In this document: positions 1 through 8,774 of the stretch, piece by piece
How positions within the stretch are numbered: position 1 is the stretch's first letter
Layout of the letters: each line of letters begins with the position of its first letter
Source of the DNA: Candidatus Saccharimonadales bacterium
GTDB lineage: Bacteria; Patescibacteriota; Saccharimonadia; Saccharimonadales; UBA10212
Reading direction: 5' to 3'
Length of the DNA: 64,000 nucleotides
Assembly: GCA_035758565.1 (NCBI GenBank)
Contig: DASTXL010000001.1
Span: 203,242 to 267,241 of the forward strand
Notes under the pieces: model-generated
What the model saw: the letters and a program-made list of their open reading frames with translations, nothing else
The model's database searches: none
Told to the model about the DNA's origin: nothing
Program-made: the position numbers and the translations under genes

Positions 1-165
1 ACGCCCCCGCCCGGGGCACTTCCGCCATTTTGGATGTTAGTAAGATATTCAGTGCTCTAAAGCGGTGATTTTTTACGACATGCCGGTTAGTTAATCTACA
101 GAGGGCTAGCTCTGGCTCACTTACTATGGTAAGTGCCATTAATTAACGAAAAGAGGAGGGAATAT

Positions 166-375
166 ATGGCAGATTCTAAAAACCCAGGTCAATTTGGCAA
201 TCGTCCTGATACAACAGATGCGGCACGGGCCGGCGGTAAAGCGAGTAGCGGCTCGTTTGGCGACGCTAACAGCGCCGACCCCAGCGAAGCCGGTCGCAAG
301 GGCGCAAAAGCCCAGCCTATTGAGGCTAAGCGTGAAGGTGGCCGAAAGGGTGGTTCCGCTTCAAGAAGCAGCTAG
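166..375 (+). CDS. KGG-repeat general stress protein (YciG/GsiB-like)
   Basis: Start was moved to the ATG at 166, which follows a GAGGAGGG SD. The protein is Gly/Lys/Ala-rich with repeated GGKAS/GRKGA/GGRKGG motifs typical of KGG stress-protein repeats. Confidence 0.5.
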   Translation: MADSKNPGQFGNRPDTTDAARAGGKASSGSFGDANSADPSEAGRKGAKAQPIEAKREGGRKGGSASRSS

Positions 376-434
376 CCCCACGGCTGTAACTTGAAGAAGC
401 CCGGCTGTTTAACAAACTAGCCCTCACCGTTAAA

Positions 435-466
435 AGAGACCTGCTTGCCCCGGGTCTCTTTTATTT
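435..466. terminator. Bidirectional rho-independent terminator between convergent genes
   Basis: AGAGACC...GGTCTCT stem followed by a T-run, with an A-run upstream. Confidence 0.5.
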
Positions 467-1033
467 TGCCTGAATTACCTTATAGCCCGACCGCCAAGAA
501 ATTATTAGCAGTCTTTCCACCTCATTCCAGTCTGGCGGATTTTCTTGCCAATCACCCTCGTGGTTGGGCAGCATCATTGCTGCCGCCCTATATTTGGCGT
601 AGGTTTTTAAGCCAGAGGCGGGCACGTTATATATAGCAGCGGCGCTTTCGGCCAGACTGGCCTCTAAAGTCTTTTTATATTTCTCGGGGTAGCGGTGGAT
701 ATCCCACCACTCTAGTTCCAGTTCGGCGGCCTTTTTGTAGTCAAATGGCTCAGTGCAGTTATCTGATATAGCTTTATAGAATTTTGTTAAGTTTTTTAGT
801 GTTTTTTGATAGTTTTCACGGCCCTTTTTTAAACGGTAGTCAGTGGCCGCAGCAGCAGCGTAATAGGCTAACTTGAGTGTTGCGACCCAGTTTGTTCTGA
901 GCTGAGTCCTCATTAGCTGGATCAATTGTAAAAACATCTTAAAAAAACGGTGATTATAATAGGAACGCCACATTTGAGCGTCCAGGTGAGCAACTTTTTC
1001 CCAATCAAACCTTCTTAAGTTAGCCTTAGCCAT
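461..1033 (-). CDS. Hypothetical helical protein
   Basis: 190-aa ORF with no competing ORF; no motif recognised. Confidence 0.45.
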   Translation of the reverse strand: MAKANLRRFDWEKVAHLDAQMWRSYYNHRFFKMFLQLIQLMRTQLRTNWVATLKLAYYAAAAATDYRLKKGRENYQKTLKNLTKFYKAISDNCTEPFDYKKAAELELEWWDIHRYPEKYKKTLEASLAESAAAIYNVPASGLKTYAKYRAAAMMLPNHEGDWQENPPDWNEVERLLIISWRSGYKVIQAK

Positions 1034-1130
1034 AGCAAAAGTATTATAAAAGTGAGTTGATTCGGCAAGTAGCGCTAAGTGGTCTGGGGTGGCGGCCGTT
1101 GCCAGCTACCACCCCAGACTAAAAATCGTA

Positions 1131-1410
1131 TCACCCTCTCCGTCGTAATGCTTTACGAGGGAGAAGCTCCTCGAGGAACTCCAACACCGATGTCGGTGTG
1201 AAGTGGATGACGAAGAGCCAGATGTAGCGGGCGGGGGCGAACGCGTAGCCGACGAAGGTCATCAGGCCGTGGTTGAAGCGTGCCCGTGCCCTGCTGGGAG
1301 TCCAGACGGGCCAGACCACCTCACAGGCCCCAGATGGAGATCGTGAGGATGGCGGTGAGGGCAATCGCGGCCAGCGCGAGTCCCCCAAGCCACTTGAGCT
1401 CGTTGAGCAT
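1131..1410 (-). pseudogene. High-GC, frame-disrupted membrane-protein fragment (foreign origin suspected)
   Basis: After an AGGAAGGA SD, the ATG at 1410 opens a 29-aa TM-like peptide (MLNELKWLGGLALAAIALTAILTISIWGL) that stops at 1321. A second frame continues through 1388-1131 with a hydrophobic segment (NHGLMTFVGYAFAPARYIWLFVIHF). G+C is clearly above the flanks. Confidence 0.35.
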
Positions 1411-1609
1411 TAACGTTCCTTCCTGCCTCTTCTCTCGAGGCGGTCGCTAGGGTCAGTTGCTACTTGCCGAAAGGTTCCCGTCGATAAGGTTGTAGGCAAT
1501 AAAGCGAACCTTATGACGAAGGGTTTATTATAACATTTTTACTCAACTATGTCTACAACTATGTAATGGAGTCTCGAATAGGCTCTTTGTAATATTCTCA
1601 ACAGACCTG

Positions 1610-1678
1610 CCCAGCACCTAGCTCCAAGAACGTCCGTCTTAGCGGACGTTTATGAAATACTTGGAGCTAGGTGCTGGG
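1610..1678. repeat. Nested perfect palindrome (19-bp arms enclosing a 7-bp hairpin)
   Basis: CCCAGCACCTAGCTCCAAG (1610-1628) is the exact reverse complement of 1660-1678. The inner hairpin is ACGTCCG...CGGACGT, and the same inner stem recurs in the terminator at 11233-11263. Confidence 0.8.
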
Positions 1679-1903
1679 TTGGCAGCTGCAAAATCAACCG
1701 TTATTGTAGAATTAACTTCGCATTGACCGGTGTTAGGGTTTTGTGATAATCTGTTTTGGTAAAAGCAGCTTTAGATCTTGGTTCCTGAGTCAAGTCTGCC
1801 CTAATAACAGAGGTAGAAACTGCCAGGACCAAGAATTTTTAAAGTGCGGACCCATTAATTATGGGCGTTGCTTTTTACGCTAACAATGAAAAGGAACCAC
1901 TAA

Positions 1904-2521
1904 GTGAAGGCCCTTATAACAAGAAAAGTAGGCATGACAAGCGTGATCAACGAAGATGGCGCTGCTGTTGCCGTTACCCTACTTTCGGCTACTCCCAACG
2001 TTATAACTCAAATCAAAACCGACGAAACAGACGGTTATAAGGCCTTAGCTTTTGGTTTCGAAGAAAAAAGTGCTGACAAGGCCGGCAAGACAGCCAAGGG
2101 TCAATTTAAACTCGCTGGTATTATGCCAAAGATTGTCCGCGAGTTCCGCATTAATGAATTACCAGAAGAAACAAAAGTCGGCGATAAAATAAGCGCCGAC
2201 GTTTTTAATGTTGGAGACACAGTAGATGTCACTGGCACCAGCAAGGGCAAGGGCTGGGCCGGCACAATTAAGCGCCACAACTTCCATCGCGGCCGCAAGA
2301 CGCACGGTGGTCGCAGCTATCGTCGCCCAGGTTCTATTGGCTCTATGTATCCACAGCATATCTTTAAAGGCACAAAAATGGCTGGCCGCATGGGCCACGA
2401 CCAAGTTACGGTCAAGCGCCTAAAGGTTGCTCTAGTTGATACTGATTTGAATGTTATTGGCGTCGAGGGTTCTGTGCCAGGCCCCCGTAAAAGCATAGTT
2501 CTTATAAAGGAGGCCAAATAA
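1904..2521 (+). CDS. rplC: 50S ribosomal protein uL3
   Basis: GTG start. RKVGMT and KGKGWAGTIKRH motifs; first gene in the conserved rplC-D-W-B order. Confidence 0.95.
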   Translation: MKALITRKVGMTSVINEDGAAVAVTLLSATPNVITQIKTDETDGYKALAFGFEEKSADKAGKTAKGQFKLAGIMPKIVREFRINELPEETKVGDKISADVFNVGDTVDVTGTSKGKGWAGTIKRHNFHRGRKTHGGRSYRRPGSIGSMYPQHIFKGTKMAGRMGHDQVTVKRLKVALVDTDLNVIGVEGSVPGPRKSIVLIKEAK

Positions 2522-3159
2522 TGTCGGTTGCTACCTACACCAAGGGTGGCGCTAAAGCCACTACTCCAGCCAAGCTGAATAAAGCCGTGTTTGGCGTAGA
2601 AGTAACCAATCACGAATTATTAAAAGATGCTTATCTGGCTTATCTGGCTAACGCTCGTCCTAACTTGGCTGTTGCCAAGAAACGCGGTGAAGTAAGTGGT
2701 GGTGGCCGCAAGCCGTGGCGCCAGAAAGGTACTGGCCGGGCCCGCTTTGGTTCAAGCCGTAACCCGATTTGGACTGGCGGTGGCGTGGCTTTTGGCCCAA
2801 ATGGCAATGAAAACTATAGCCGCAAGTTGAACACGGCTGCTAAGCGCACGGCTATTCGTCAAGCTTTGAGCATGGCTAACAAAGAAAATCGTATTAAAGT
2901 TATTGAAAAATTTGTAAGTGACGGCAAGGTTAAGCCGGCCGTAGCTTTGCTGGCCAAGATCGAAGCTAATGGAAACGTTTTGTTGGTGGTGGCCAACAAA
3001 GATGAAGCAGCCGTTCGTGCTACCCGCAATATCAAGAACGTTAGAACAGTTGCCGCTAACTACTTAAATGTTTACGATCTTATGAACGCTGACGTTATCG
3101 TTATGGAAAACGAAGCCTTAAAGGCAGTACACGGTTGGCTGGGAGGCAATAATGAGTAA
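2521..3159 (+). CDS. rplD: 50S ribosomal protein uL4
   Basis: WRQKGTGRAR motif. ATG overlaps the rplC stop (TAATG). Confidence 0.95.
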   Translation: MSVATYTKGGAKATTPAKLNKAVFGVEVTNHELLKDAYLAYLANARPNLAVAKKRGEVSGGGRKPWRQKGTGRARFGSSRNPIWTGGGVAFGPNGNENYSRKLNTAAKRTAIRQALSMANKENRIKVIEKFVSDGKVKPAVALLAKIEANGNVLLVVANKDEAAVRATRNIKNVRTVAANYLNVYDLMNADVIVMENEALKAVHGWLGGNNE

Positions 3160-3478
3160 GTCAGTATTCTTAAAGCCGCGCTTGAGCGAGAAAGCCTATG
3201 CAACCAGCGAGGTCACCAATACTTATGTTTTTGATGTTCCAGCTGATATGAACAAGCATGCCATTGCTGACGCCGTAGCTGCTCAGTATGAAGTTACGGT
3301 TACCAATGTTCGGATTACCAATATTCCTGGTAAGGCCAAAAAGCTTTATCGTAAGCGCACCCGTGGTATTGAAACCAAGCGTAATGATGTCCGTAAGGCT
3401 TACGTAACTTTAAAGCAAGGCGATAACCTGCCATTCTTTGCCGGCAGCGAAGCTGAAGCAGGCGAGGAGGCTAAGTAA
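3152..3478 (+). CDS. rplW: 50S ribosomal protein uL23
   Basis: Position between rplD and rplB, with size and sequence typical of uL23. Confidence 0.9.
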   Translation: MSKSVFLKPRLSEKAYATSEVTNTYVFDVPADMNKHAIADAVAAQYEVTVTNVRITNIPGKAKKLYRKRTRGIETKRNDVRKAYVTLKQGDNLPFFAGSEAEAGEEAK

Positions 3479-3479
3479 T

Positions 3480-4316
3480 ATGGCTATCAAGGCTTACAAT
3501 CCAACTACTCCAGGTCGCCGTGGTATGAGCACGCAGGATTTTGATGCTATCACTACTAAAAAGCCTGTTAAGAGCTTGCTGCGCATCAAAAAATCCACTG
3601 CTGGTCGCAACAACCAAGGCCGCATCACTACTCGCCACAAGGGCGGCGGGGTTAAGAACTACTATCGTTTAGTTAACTTCAAACTACCTGTCGGTACGGA
3701 GGCTACTGTTGAGCACATTGAATACGACCCAAATCGTAGTGCCCGAATTGCCCGCGTCAAAGACCAAAATGGCGCTCTGCACTATATATTAGCCGTTCGT
3801 GGCATGCGCCCAGGTCAGAAGTTTACTGTTGCCGAAGAAACCAGCATTGAGTCTGGCAATCGTTTGCCGCTCAAGAGCATTCCAACCGGTACTGTTATCC
3901 ACGCTATCGAACTGCAACCGGGCCGTGGTGCTCAGCTGGTCCGCACCGCCGGCGCTGGTGCCCAGCTAGTTGCTAAAGAAGAAGATTACGCTCAGGTTCG
4001 CCTGCCAAGCGGTGAGGTTCGCATGATTAATGTTGAGTGCATGGCTACCATAGGTGTAATTGGTAATGAGCAGCATCAAAATATCCAAGTTGGTAAAGCC
4101 GGCCGCAACCGCTTAAAGGGTAAACGCCCAACTGTTCGCGGTGTAGTAATGAACGCCGCCGACCACCCTCACGGTGGTGGTGACGGTGGTCGTCACCGTA
4201 TGGCCCGCCCGCCCGTAACTCCGTGGGGTCAGAAGACTTTGGGCTATAAGACTCGCCGCCGAAAAGCAAGTAGCAAGTTTATTGTAAGAACACGTCATCA
4301 AGGAAAGAGGAGATAG
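3480..4316 (+). CDS. rplB: 50S ribosomal protein uL2
   Basis: Starts [15 protein letters not shown] at 3480. HPHGGGDG motif present. Confidence 0.95.
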   Translation: MAIKAYNPTTPGRRGMSTQDFDAITTKKPVKSLLRIKKSTAGRNNQGRITTRHKGGGVKNYYRLVNFKLPVGTEATVEHIEYDPNRSARIARVKDQNGALHYILAVRGMRPGQKFTVAEETSIESGNRLPLKSIPTGTVIHAIELQPGRGAQLVRTAGAGAQLVAKEEDYAQVRLPSGEVRMINVECMATIGVIGNEQHQNIQVGKAGRNRLKGKRPTVRGVVMNAADHPHGGGDGGRHRMARPPVTPWGQKTLGYKTRRRKASSKFIVRTRHQGKRR

Positions 4317-4317
4317 T

Positions 4318-4587
4318 ATGAGCCGCTCACTGAAAAAAGGTCCATATGTTGACCCTAAACTAGCTAAGAAGATTGCCGCCCTGAACTCGGATGACCGCAC
4401 GGTCGTTAAAACCTGGGCCCGTGCCAGCACTATCTCTCCTGATTTTGTTGGTCGCACTGTTGCTGTTCATAACGGCCGTGTGCACGTACCGGTCTTCATT
4501 ACCGAAAACATGGTTGGTCACAAGCTTGGCGAATTCGCTCCAACCCGTAAGTTCCGCTCGCACGGTGGAAAGTTAGCCAAAGGTTAA
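4318..4587 (+). CDS. rpsS: 30S ribosomal protein uS19
   Basis: [11 protein letters not shown] start and [11 protein letters not shown] motif. Confidence 0.95.
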   Translation: MSRSLKKGPYVDPKLAKKIAALNSDDRTVVKTWARASTISPDFVGRTVAVHNGRVHVPVFITENMVGHKLGEFAPTRKFRSHGGKLAKG

Positions 4588-4597
4588 GGATTAAATT

Positions 4598-4984
4598 ATG
4601 CCAGTTAAAGCAATTTCAAAAGGAGTTCGCATCAGCCCGCGCAAAGTCAGCGTGGTGGCGGCGTTGGTTCGTGGCCGAACTGTTGAGGATGCCATCGTAA
4701 TTCTTGACCACACACCGCGTCGCAGCGCTAAAGCCGTTAAGGAAACCATTAAGAGCGCGGCTGCTAATGCCGAGCACAACCATAATTTTAAGCCAACTAG
4801 CTTGTTTATCTCTGAGATTTCCGTAACTCCGGGTCCACGCCTTAAGCGCTATCGCCCAGCTGCTCGTGGCCGCGCCCTGCCATTTGAGCGAAAGACCAGC
4901 CACATCCGCGTTGTTGTTGACGGAGATCAGCGTGAGATTAAAAAGACGACCACCAAAGTCACTACCGAGAAGGAGGCCAAATAA
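4598..4984 (+). CDS. rplV: 50S ribosomal protein uL22
   Basis: ISPRKVSVVAALVRG motif and operon position. Confidence 0.9.
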   Translation: MPVKAISKGVRISPRKVSVVAALVRGRTVEDAIVILDHTPRRSAKAVKETIKSAAANAEHNHNFKPTSLFISEISVTPGPRLKRYRPAARGRALPFERKTSHIRVVVDGDQREIKKTTTKVTTEKEAK

Positions 4985-5106
4985 TGAGTGAATTTGGAAG
5001 AGGGGTTCCTGTGGGAGAGGCTTTAGAATTCGATCGCACCAATGAAGGCGACAGAGCTGTTGTTAGCATCGAAAATATTGACCCACGCACTTTGGCGGCT
5101 GTTCTG

Positions 5107-5193
5107 AGGGAAAAGAAAAGCACCGGTTCGCCGGATGGCGAATCTGGATTTATTCCAGAAGGTGCGATAGGAAAAACCGTAGGTTTGTCCTAT
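5107..5193 (+). repeat. Structured intergenic repeat, copy 1 (three-way variant), rplV|rpsC junction
   Basis: AGGGAAAAGAAAAGC box. CACC...GGTG closes two sub-hairpins (GGTTCGCC/GGCGAATC and TGGA/TCCA). Followed by GCGAT and hairpin ATAGGAaAAACC-gta-GGTTTgTCCTAT. Confidence 0.8.
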
Positions 5194-5216
5194 GAACGAC
5201 CGGAGGGAGTGTAGTT

Positions 5217-5846
5217 ATGGGCCAAAAAGTAAATCCAATCAGCATGCGTTTACAAGTCAACAAAGATTGGCGCTCTAAGTGGTTTGCCGGCAAGCGCGAA
5301 TACGCCAACTACCTCAAGCAGGATTTGGCTGCCCGCAAGCTCATTGCCGACAAACTTGGTTCTCGCGCCGCTGTATCTAAGGTTGATATCGAACGCTCGC
5401 CAAACCTAGTCACCGTAACTATCCAGACTGCTAAGGCCGGTGTTGTTATTGGCCGTGGCGGTTCCGGCGCCGCTGAACTCAAAGAGGCTATCGAAAAACT
5501 TTATGGTGTTCCGACCCGCGTAAACATCGAAGAGATTAAGCGCCCTGAGCTGCAGGCCAAGCTGGTTGCCGAAAATATTGCCCACCAGCTAGAACGCCGT
5601 ATTGCCTTCCGCCGCGCCATGAAAATGGCCGCTGCCGGCAGTATGCGTGCTGGCGCTAAGGGCATTCGCATAGAAGTTTCCGGTCGCCTAGGCGGTATGG
5701 AAATGAGCCGTCGCGAAAAAATTACTGAAGGCTCTGTGCCTCTGCACACGCTTCGCGCTGACATTGACTACGCTGCTGCCCGCGCTCTTTACCCGGGTGC
5801 CGGCATCATTGGTGTTAAAGTTTGGATCTACCGAGGGGAGACCTAA
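5217..5846 (+). CDS. rpsC: 30S ribosomal protein uS3
   Basis: MGQKVNP start, KH-domain sequence and operon position. Confidence 0.95.
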   Translation: MGQKVNPISMRLQVNKDWRSKWFAGKREYANYLKQDLAARKLIADKLGSRAAVSKVDIERSPNLVTVTIQTAKAGVVIGRGGSGAAELKEAIEKLYGVPTRVNIEEIKRPELQAKLVAENIAHQLERRIAFRRAMKMAAAGSMRAGAKGIRIEVSGRLGGMEMSRREKITEGSVPLHTLRADIDYAAARALYPGAGIIGVKVWIYRGET

Positions 5847-5849
5847 GCC

Positions 5850-6266
5850 ATGTTAATGCCATCCCGAACTAAGTACCGCAAAGTGCGCAAAGGCAAGATC
5901 CACGGCGGCAAAGCTACCGCCCTATCTACTATTGCCTACGGCCGCTACGGACTGGTTAGCCAAGACAAGGAACGCATTAATAGCCGCCAGATCGAGGCTG
6001 CCCGCCAGGCTATGACCCGTTACGTTAAACGTGGCGGTCAGATCTGGATCCGTATTTTCCCGCACACCCCAGTTACCCGTAAGCCACAAGACGTGAAGAT
6101 GGGTAGCGGCAAAGGTAATCCAGAATTTTTTGTTGCCAAGGTTAAGCCAGGGACCATCATGTTTGAGATGGACGGCGTGCCAGAAGAAGTAGCTCGCGAA
6201 GCTATGCGCCTTGCTGGTCACAAACTACCTGTTAAGACCAAGTTTTTAGTTAAGGAGGAGGCGTAA
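5850..6266 (+). CDS. rplP: 50S ribosomal protein uL16
   Basis: [11 protein letters not shown] start and KMGSGKG motif. Confidence 0.95.
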   Translation: MLMPSRTKYRKVRKGKIHGGKATALSTIAYGRYGLVSQDKERINSRQIEAARQAMTRYVKRGGQIWIRIFPHTPVTRKPQDVKMGSGKGNPEFFVAKVKPGTIMFEMDGVPEEVAREAMRLAGHKLPVKTKFLVKEEA

Positions 6267-6283
6267 TGGTTTCTTTTGCTAAA

Positions 6284-6357
6284 AGGGAAAAGATAGCCCA
6301 GGCAAAAACCACGCTTTTTGCCTGGCGCGATAAGAAAAACCGCAGGTTTGTCTTATC
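6284..6357 (+). repeat. Structured intergenic repeat, copy 2, rplP|rpmC junction
   Basis: AGGGAAAAGATAGC box; hairpin CCAGGCAAAAA/TTTTTGCCTGG; CGCGAT linker; hairpin ATAAGAaAAACC-gca-GGTTTgTCTTAT. Confidence 0.8.
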
Positions 6358-6380
6358 TGAAGTTAAGGAGGAGGCATAAG

Positions 6381-6581
6381 ATGAAAATTGCTGAAATCCG
6401 CAAGCTAAAAACAGAGGAACTGACCAAGCAAAGCAACTCATTGCGTGAAGAAATTGCCGAATTAAAGCGCCGGCTATATAGCGGCGAAGTATCTAACACC
6501 CGTGTTATCCGCTCTAAGCGCAAAGATTTAGCCCGAGTATTAACAGTTTTACAAGAACAACTAACCAAGGAGGCCCAATAA
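6381..6581 (+). CDS. rpmC: 50S ribosomal protein uL29
   Basis: The ATG at 6381 follows an AAGGAGGAGG SD. Sequence MKIAEIRKLKTEEL... is typical of uL29. Confidence 0.9.
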   Translation: MKIAEIRKLKTEELTKQSNSLREEIAELKRRLYSGEVSNTRVIRSKRKDLARVLTVLQEQLTKEAQ

Positions 6582-6599
6582 ATGACCTCTTCCATTTTT

Positions 6600-6671
6600 A
6601 GGGAAAAGACAGCCCGACAAAATGTATTCCATTTTGCCGGCGCGATAGGAAAAACCGTAGGTTTGTCCTAT
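6600..6671 (+). repeat. Structured intergenic repeat, copy 3, rpmC|rpsQ junction
   Basis: Identical over 72 nt to copy 7. Hairpins are CCGaCAAAATG/CATTTTGcCGG and ATAGGAaAAACC-gta-GGTTTgTCCTAT. Confidence 0.85.
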
Positions 6672-6694
6672 GAACGACCGGAGGGAGTGTAGAT

Positions 6695-7000
6695 ATGGCC
6701 CGTTCAATTACCGGCACTGTGACTAGCGATAAAGGCGACAAGACTATCGTCATTACTATGCGCGTCCGCAAAACCCACCCCCTATATAAGAAGCAGTACA
6801 CAGTCGATACCAAATTTATGGCCCATGACGAAAAGAACGAGGCTAAAGTTGGCGATCTAGTCATGATCACCGAATGCCGCCCTTTGAGCGCCCGCAAACG
6901 CTTCCAGTTGACCAAAGTGTTGGAGCGCGGCGGGGTTCGCTTTGAAGAATCTGACGCTACAGCTGATATCCCGCAAGAAGAGAAAGAAGGAGAAGCTTAA
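6695..7000 (+). CDS. rpsQ: 30S ribosomal protein uS17
   Basis: GTVTSDKGDKTIVI motif and operon position. Carries an acidic C-terminal tail. Confidence 0.9.
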   Translation: MARSITGTVTSDKGDKTIVITMRVRKTHPLYKKQYTVDTKFMAHDEKNEAKVGDLVMITECRPLSARKRFQLTKVLERGGVRFEESDATADIPQEEKEGEA

Positions 7001-7372
7001 ATGATTCAGCAAGAATCCCGCCTGCTTGTTGCCGATAACAGTGGCGCCCGCTCACTTCTTTGCATTCGTGTTCTAGGCGGTTCGCGCCGCCGATACGCCC
7101 GCGTTGGCGACATTATTGTTGCTAGCGTCAAAACCGCTAACCCAGCTGGCGGCGTAAAGCGCAAGAGCATCGTTAAGGCGGTAGTAGTGCGTACTCGTAA
7201 TCCGATTCGCCGCGCTGATGGCAGCACTATTCGCTTTGATGACAACGCCGCTGTAGTACTCGCCGAGGATGGCAAGAGTCCACGTGGTACCCGTATCTTT
7301 GGCCCGGTTCCACGCGAACTGCGCGAGCAAGGTTACAGCCGAATTATTTCACTAGCTCCGGAGGTACTGTAA
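7001..7372 (+). CDS. rplN: 50S ribosomal protein uL14
   Basis: [16 protein letters not shown] start. Confidence 0.95.
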   Translation: MIQQESRLLVADNSGARSLLCIRVLGGSRRRYARVGDIIVASVKTANPAGGVKRKSIVKAVVVRTRNPIRRADGSTIRFDDNAAVVLAEDGKSPRGTRIFGPVPRELREQGYSRIISLAPEVL

Positions 7373-7701
7373 TGGATAAGATCTTTAAGATCCGGCTAAA
7401 AAAAGGCGATACTGTTATGGTTCGCTCAGGTAAATATAAGGGTAAAACCGGTAAAATCACGGCCGTTCATCCCAGAGAAAACAAAGTAACAGTCGAAGGC
7501 ATCAATGTGGTTAAGCGCCACCGCAAACCCACTCAACTTCGGCCTCAAGGCGGTATTTTTGAGATTACAAAGCCGATTGACGTTAGTAAGGTTGGAGTTT
7601 TGGACTCAGTAGCCAAAAAGCCTTCGCGAATTGGCTTTAAGATCGACAAAGATGGCAAAAAAGTTCGTGTTTTAAAGACCAGCGGAAAGGAGATTAAGTA
7701 A
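7372..7701 (+). CDS. rplX: 50S ribosomal protein uL24
   Basis: KOW motif (KKGDTVMVRSGKYKGKTGKI) and operon position. Confidence 0.9.
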   Translation: MDKIFKIRLKKGDTVMVRSGKYKGKTGKITAVHPRENKVTVEGINVVKRHRKPTQLRPQGGIFEITKPIDVSKVGVLDSVAKKPSRIGFKIDKDGKKVRVLKTSGKEIK

Positions 7702-8366
7702 TGGCTACGTCTCCTGATGTAAGGAAAAAGAGCAGCCCGAGCGGCGATTCACTCGACGCCCGGCGCGATGAGAAAAAACCATCGGTTTTGTCTCATAAGG
7801 CCGAAGGCCGCAGTTACGAATCTCGCTTGAAAGTGGCCTACAACACTAAATTCGCTCGTGAACTCAAAGACGAGCTTAAGCTAGATAACATCAACCAGGT
7901 TCCAAAGTTAGAGAAGATTACAATTAACGTTGGCCTGGGTCGTGCCAAAGACGATAAACGCTTGCTGGAAGTTGCTGCCAATACTATCCGCAAAATTACT
8001 GGTCAGCAACCAATCGAAACTGTGGCCAAACAGTCAATCGCAACCTTTAAGCTGCGCGAAGGTAACAAAATCGGTATGAAGGTTACCTTACGCGGCGACC
8101 GTATGTACGATTTTGCCGATCGCTTGATCAACATTGTTCTCCCACGTCTGCGCGACTTTCACGGCACTAGCAACCGGGCTTTTGACCGCCAAGGCAACTA
8201 CAGTATTGGCCTAACCGACCAGTCGGTCTTCCCCGAACTTAGTTACGAAGATACAGCTACCGCTCACGGGCTTCAGGTAGTGTTTACTATCCGGACCCAA
8301 GAGCCAGATCACGCTAAAGCACTGCTGAAGAAATTCGGCATGCCATTTGAGAAGGAGAATTCCTAA
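7701..8366 (+). CDS. rplE: 50S ribosomal protein uL5 with an N-terminal extension encoded by repeat copy 4
   Basis: The conserved uL5 core starts near RLKVAYNTKF...QVPKLEKITINVGLG. The only ATG is at 7701, overlapping the rplX stop. In-frame TTG 7827 and GTG 7833 lack a well-placed SD. Confidence 0.85.
   Translation: MATSPDVRKKSSPSGDSLDARRDEKKPSVLSHKAEGRSYESRLKVAYNTKFARELKDELKLDNINQVPKLEKITINVGLGRAKDDKRLLEVAANTIRKITGQQPIETVAKQSIATFKLREGNKIGMKVTLRGDRMYDFADRLINIVLPRLRDFHGTSNRAFDRQGNYSIGLTDQSVFPELSYEDTATAHGLQVVFTIRTQEPDHAKALLKKFGMPFEKENS
7722..7796 (+). repeat. Structured intergenic repeat, copy 4, inside the 5' end of the rplE ORF
   Basis: AGGAAAAAGAGCAGC box; imperfect hairpin CCGAGCGGCGA/TCGACGCCCGG; CGCGAT linker; hairpin ATGAGAaAAAACC-atc-GGTTTTgTCTCAT. 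Confidence 0.7.
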
Positions 8367-8382
8367 AATGTTGAATTTAGTA

Positions 8383-8455
8383 ATGGAAAAGAGCAGCCAG
8401 AGTTTGGATTCACTCCAAACCCTGCGCGATGAGAAAAACCGCAGGTCTGTCTCAT
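8383..8455 (+). repeat. Structured intergenic repeat, copy 5, rplE|rpsN junction
   Basis: TGGAAAAGAGCAGC box; hairpin CAGaGTTTGGA/TCCAAACcCTG; CGCGAT linker; hairpin ATGAGAaAAACC-gca-GGTcTgTCTCAT. Confidence 0.8.
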
Positions 8456-8477
8456 GCTCTGATAAGGAGGATAAATA

Positions 8478-8747
8478 ATGGCCAAGAAATCAATCCTCGC
8501 GCGTGATGCGAAACGAGACAAAATGATCGCTAAATACGCCGCTAAGCGCGCCGAACTCAAAGCAGTCGGTGATTACGAAGGCCTAGCCAAATTGCCTCGC
8601 AATTCTAGCCCGACCCGTCACACTAACCGCTGCGCCGAGACAGGCCGCCCACGCGGATTTATGCGTCAGTTTGGTTTATCTCGCATTGCTTTCCGCGAGC
8701 ACGCCAGCCGGGGCGAAGTTCCAGGCGTAACAAAGAGTAGTTGGTAA
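8478..8747 (+). CDS. rpsN: 30S ribosomal protein uS14 (long, non-zinc form)
   Basis: [13 protein letters not shown] start, [18 protein letters not shown] motif and a ...KSSW end. Confidence 0.95.
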   Translation: MAKKSILARDAKRDKMIAKYAAKRAELKAVGDYEGLAKLPRNSSPTRHTNRCAETGRPRGFMRQFGLSRIAFREHASRGEVPGVTKSSW

Positions 8748-8774
8748 GAATATATGAGTACATTCCATTTAATA

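Noticed and set aside
1131-1388. 85-aa minus-strand ORF taken as an intact gene
   Set aside because: Its N-terminal part (Pro/Ser/Arg-rich) looks like an out-of-frame translation. The SD and ATG at 1410 belong to another frame that stops at 1321. It is better described as a disrupted remnant.
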